DNA from: a virus | Taxonomy: Duplodnaviria > Caudoviricetes | Direction: 5' to 3' (one strand) | DNA: 37,288 nucleotides | IMG/VR virus record: IMGVR_UViG_3300003969_000010 | Location: 1 to 37,288 of that record | In this document: positions 34,578 to 37,288 of the stretch, piece after piece | How positions within the stretch are numbered: the stretch's first letter is position 1 | Layout of the letters: each line of letters opens with the position of its first letter | Notes under the pieces: model-generated | Told to the model about the DNA's origin: nothing | The model's database searches: none | Seen by the model: only the letters and a program-made list of their open reading frames with translations | Program-made: the position numbers and the translations under genes

Positions 34578-35998
34578 CGGTCAAGGCCATCATGCCCGTG
34601 CGTTTAATGAATCCGGTCGGGCCGCTGCAGCCGTCCTTGTTTGACGACTGCACCGCCATGCGCACCACGGAGACCGGCGAGCCCCAGCAGCTCGCGCTTT
34701 GGTCCGGCGCAGTTTCCGGGCCCATCGGCGCAAGCCTTGAGCCCGGCGATGTAGATTGCCCGAACGAACCCAGAACAGCCGCAACAACGCCTTTGTTCAG
34801 GATTTTGAGAACGGCAACTCAAATTGGAACAACAAGGACAACGAGCACAGGGTTCGAGCCTTCCGCGGATTCATCCGCCCCGCCCAGCTGGGGTGGGGCA
34901 CCCTTTACTATTGAGCAACTGGTGCAAGCCTGGCTGGACTGTAGACGCAACAAACGCCAAAGCGATAGCGCCCAAGCTTTTGAGGCCAATGCCGAGGCCA
35001 ACCTGTGCGCACTGCGCAACGAGCTGCTAGACGGCACCTACAGCCCAGGCCAGAGCACCTGCTTTGTGGTTACACGGCCCAAGGTACGCGAAGTGTGGGC
35101 GGCCGACTTTAGAGACCGCATCGTGCACCATTTGCTCTACAACCACATTAGCCCGCGCTTCTACGCCAGCTTTGTGCATACCAGTTGTGCATGCATACCC
35201 GGCCGGGGCACGCTGTATGCAGCACAGCAGCTTGAGCACGGCGTGCGCTCCATCACCCAAAACTGGAGCCAACCCGCCCACTATTTGAAGATGGACTTGT
35301 CCAACTTCTTTGTGGCGATTGACAAAGCCACCTTGCGTGCGCAGCTGGCAAAGAAAGTGACAGAACCATGGTGGATGGCACTCACCGAAACCATACTGAT
35401 GCACGATCCACGCAGCCATGTGCAAGTGCGCAGCAGCGCCGATCTGCTGGCACAGGTGCCAGCACACAAGAGCCTATTTAACGCACCAAACGCCACTGGC
35501 TTGCCCATTGGGAACCTGAGTAGCCAGTTTTTTGCCAACGTGCACCTGGACGCGCTAGACCAGTTTTGCAAACACCAGATAAGGGCGCGGCACTACGCTC
35601 GCTACGTGGACGACTTTGTGCTGCTGCACCAGAGCCCACAGTGGCTAAACGCTGCGCTCGAACGCATTACAGCCTGGCTGCCAGAACACTTGGGCGCACA
35701 GATAAACCCACGTAAAACGATTTTGCAGCCCATAGCCCGCGGCGTGGACTTTGTTGGCCATGTCATCAAACCATGGCGCCGCACCACCCGACCGCGCGCC
35801 GTACGCACCGCCTTGCAGCGCCTGAGCTCCATGCCTGCCGAAGATGTATTTACAGCGGGAAATAGCTACCTTGGGCTGCTAACCCAAGCCACACACAGCC
35901 AACAAGACCGCGCCACCGTAGCCAAAGTGCTACTGGGGCGCGGCCACGCGGTTAACCATGAATTGACCAAGATTTACAGGAAGAAGACTAAAAAATGA
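34574..35998 (+). CDS. DGR reverse transcriptase (start uncertain)
   Basis: PK.REVWAADFRDRIVHH, YLKMDLSNFF, GLPIGNLSSQFFAN, RYVDDFV, GVDFVG. ATG at 34574 overlaps the avd stop; the conserved core begins near 34900. Confidence 0.93.
   Translation: MTVKAIMPVRLMNPVGPLQPSLFDDCTAMRTTETGEPQQLALWSGAVSGPIGASLEPGDVDCPNEPRTAATTPLFRILRTATQIGTTRTTSTGFEPSADSSAPPSWGGAPFTIEQLVQAWLDCRRNKRQSDSAQAFEANAEANLCALRNELLDGTYSPGQSTCFVVTRPKVREVWAADFRDRIVHHLLYNHISPRFYASFVHTSCACIPGRGTLYAAQQLEHGVRSITQNWSQPAHYLKMDLSNFFVAIDKATLRAQLAKKVTEPWWMALTETILMHDPRSHVQVRSSADLLAQVPAHKSLFNAPNATGLPIGNLSSQFFANVHLDALDQFCKHQIRARHYARYVDDFVLLHQSPQWLNAALERITAWLPEHLGAQINPRKTILQPIARGVDFVGHVIKPWRRTTRPRAVRTALQRLSSMPAEDVFTAGNSYLGLLTQATHSQQDRATVAKVLLGRGHAVNHELTKIYRKKTKK
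34768..34866 (+). ncRNA. DGR template repeat (TR)
   Basis: Adenine-rich master copy: 8 AAC and 1 AAT codons in the VR frame, 32 adenines in 99 nt. Confidence 0.95.
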
Positions 35999-36189
35999 CC
36001 ACAACAGAAAAAATACTCGTCCCCGCTGCCGAAGCGGCACAAATGTTAAGCATGGGCAAATCGACATTCTGGCGCGAGGTCAAGAAAAAGACCGTACCAG
36101 AGCCAATCAAGATCGGAGGGCTTACGCGCTGGCGGGTTGCTGACTTGATGCGTATTGCCCAGCCAGCCACTGAGCCCACCACGCCATAA
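35995..36189 (+). CDS. xis: Excisionase / AlpA-family DNA-binding protein
   Basis: 64 aa, EAAQMLSMGKSTFWR..K....PEPIKIGGLTRW; adjacent to the integrase. Confidence 0.85.
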   Translation: MTTTEKILVPAAEAAQMLSMGKSTFWREVKKKTVPEPIKIGGLTRWRVADLMRIAQPATEPTTP

Positions 36190-37288
36190 GCTCCCGGCGC
36201 TGGGGCAGGTACTCAGCCCGGTTGTAAGCGGCTCGCACGGCGTCAGTTTCCTTGTGGGATAGCTGGCGCTCGATCACATCATGGGCAAAGCCGGATTGCT
36301 CATTCAGCACACTGGATGCCAGCGCCCGGAAGCCGTGGGCCGTCATCTTTCCCCGATAGCCCAGCCGGTAGAGGGCAAACAGCAGCGTGTTTTCTGAAAC
36401 CGGGTGGCCGGGCTTGAGGGGCGAGGCCATCACAAACTCACTTTCGCCAGTGACCAGGCGAAGCTGGCCAAGAATCGCGCGGGCAGGCTCTGACAGCGGC
36501 ACAACATGAGGCAGGCGCAGCTTCATGCGCTCGGCGGGTATCACCCAGATCGCGCCATCTTCCTTTATTTCTGCCCAGCGCATACCGCGAAGCTCACCGG
36601 GGCGCACAAAGACGTGGGCCAATAGCTGCAACCCCAGCCGTGTCACTGGTTCGTCGTAGTCGTCAATGGCGCGAAGCAGCGCCCCCGCCTCTGATGGGTG
36701 AATGCTTGCCATGGGCTTTTTGGTTTTGCGGGCCTGAAGCACGCGCACCAGGTTCGAAGCTGCGTGGGACTTGATGATTCCAGCATCGAGCGCGTAGTCA
36801 AAAACCGCAGTAATGCGCCCCGCCACCCTGTGGGCAGTCTCCACCTTGCCGCCGTTTTGCGCCTTCTGCACAGCGGCCACCAGCTCGGTGCGTTCAATCG
36901 AATCTATGGGCATCTTGCCAAGCGTTGGGAATGCAAACCGCTCCAGCGTGTTTTCCACCTGTATCTGGTGCTTTCCGTTAGACAGGGTTGGCAGGTGCTT
37001 TTTTAGCCAAACCCGAGCGATAGCCTCAAACGTCGGTGCAATAGCCTTTGAGGGCGTGGCGGTGGATGGCTCGCGAGCAGCGGTGTGGGCCTTGCGGGCG
37101 TCTGCCAGGCTCAAGTCAGGCCAGCGCCCGTAGGTGCGCGTGGCTTGTTTTCCATCGCGCAGATAGTTGGCCCGCCAGCTCTTGCCGCCCGCCGGGGTGA
37201 TGAACAAATACAGCCCCGCGCTGTCGGCCAGCTTGTAGCCTTTTTCCCGTGGTTTGGCAGTTTCCACCGCCCGCACTGTCAGAGTCAT
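36122..37288 (-). CDS. int: Tyrosine integrase, P4-like with arm-binding domain
   Basis: YKLADSAGLYL..TP.G.KSW arm domain; catalytic R (VRPGELR), HGFR, LSH, AYNR. Confidence 0.95.
   Translation of the reverse strand: MTLTVRAVETAKPREKGYKLADSAGLYLFITPAGGKSWRANYLRDGKQATRTYGRWPDLSLADARKAHTAAREPSTATPSKAIAPTFEAIARVWLKKHLPTLSNGKHQIQVENTLERFAFPTLGKMPIDSIERTELVAAVQKAQNGGKVETAHRVAGRITAVFDYALDAGIIKSHAASNLVRVLQARKTKKPMASIHPSEAGALLRAIDDYDEPVTRLGLQLLAHVFVRPGELRGMRWAEIKEDGAIWVIPAERMKLRLPHVVPLSEPARAILGQLRLVTGESEFVMASPLKPGHPVSENTLLFALYRLGYRGKMTAHGFRALASSVLNEQSGFAHDVIERQLSHKETDAVRAAYNRAEYLPQRRELMAWWAQWLAGQYASSQQPASA

Larger units (their letters stand above)
32974..35998 (+). mobile_element. Diversity-generating retroelement cassette: target1-target2-avd-TR-RT
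   Basis: Two VRs differing from TR only at adenines, an Avd-like gene, a DGR-type RT, and hairpins after each VR. Confidence 0.96.
1..37288. mobile_element. Lambdoid temperate siphovirus-type prophage (near complete; att sites not seen in window)
   Basis: Ordered modules: lysis, tail, head, terminase, replication, cro/cI switch, early operon, DGR, xis, integrase. Confidence 0.95.

Noticed and set aside
33460-34866. Three ~100-bp repeats considered as a CRISPR array or simple duplication
   Set aside because: No repeat-spacer structure or cas genes; the strictly adenine-specific mismatches identify a DGR.
34529-35998. RT as group II intron, retron or Abi RT; ORF-track start at 34529
   Set aside because: No maturase or endonuclease extension or msr-msd evident; the avd/TR/VR context is decisive. 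The 34529 GTG lies inside avd.
1-37288. attL/attR, tRNA or rRNA genes
   Set aside because: No terminal direct repeat or RNA gene recognised; the window ends exactly at gene boundaries, so att sites are probably outside it.

Overview
The window is essentially one lambdoid, long-tailed (siphovirus-type) temperate phage or prophage. It runs from a small gene after the lysis cassette (pos. 1) to the start codon of a P4-type tyrosine integrase (pos. 37288); att sites were not found in the window. A betaproteobacterial host is a guess from the high GC and gene style. The minus strand (26756 down to 1) carries cro, a CII-like gene, an O-like replication initiator with iterons, terS, GpA-type terL, a Mor/C-like activator, portal, a 1511-aa insert, a fused protease-capsid, tail genes with a -1 frameshifted chaperone, and lysis genes. 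The plus strand carries cI, immunity-region cargo, and an early operon ending in a complete diversity-generating retroelement (DGR) and xis. The DGR has two tandem, apparently non-structural DUF1566/CLec-like target genes, avd, a template repeat (TR) and a reverse transcriptase. By hand alignment over 99 bp, VR1 differs from TR at 15 positions and VR2 at 13, all at TR adenines. The other standout is a stand-alone, degenerate paralog of the terminase nuclease domain in the immunity region, next to a membrane-anchored WYL/TerB-like protein. Family names come from recognising motifs by eye; no database searches were run.
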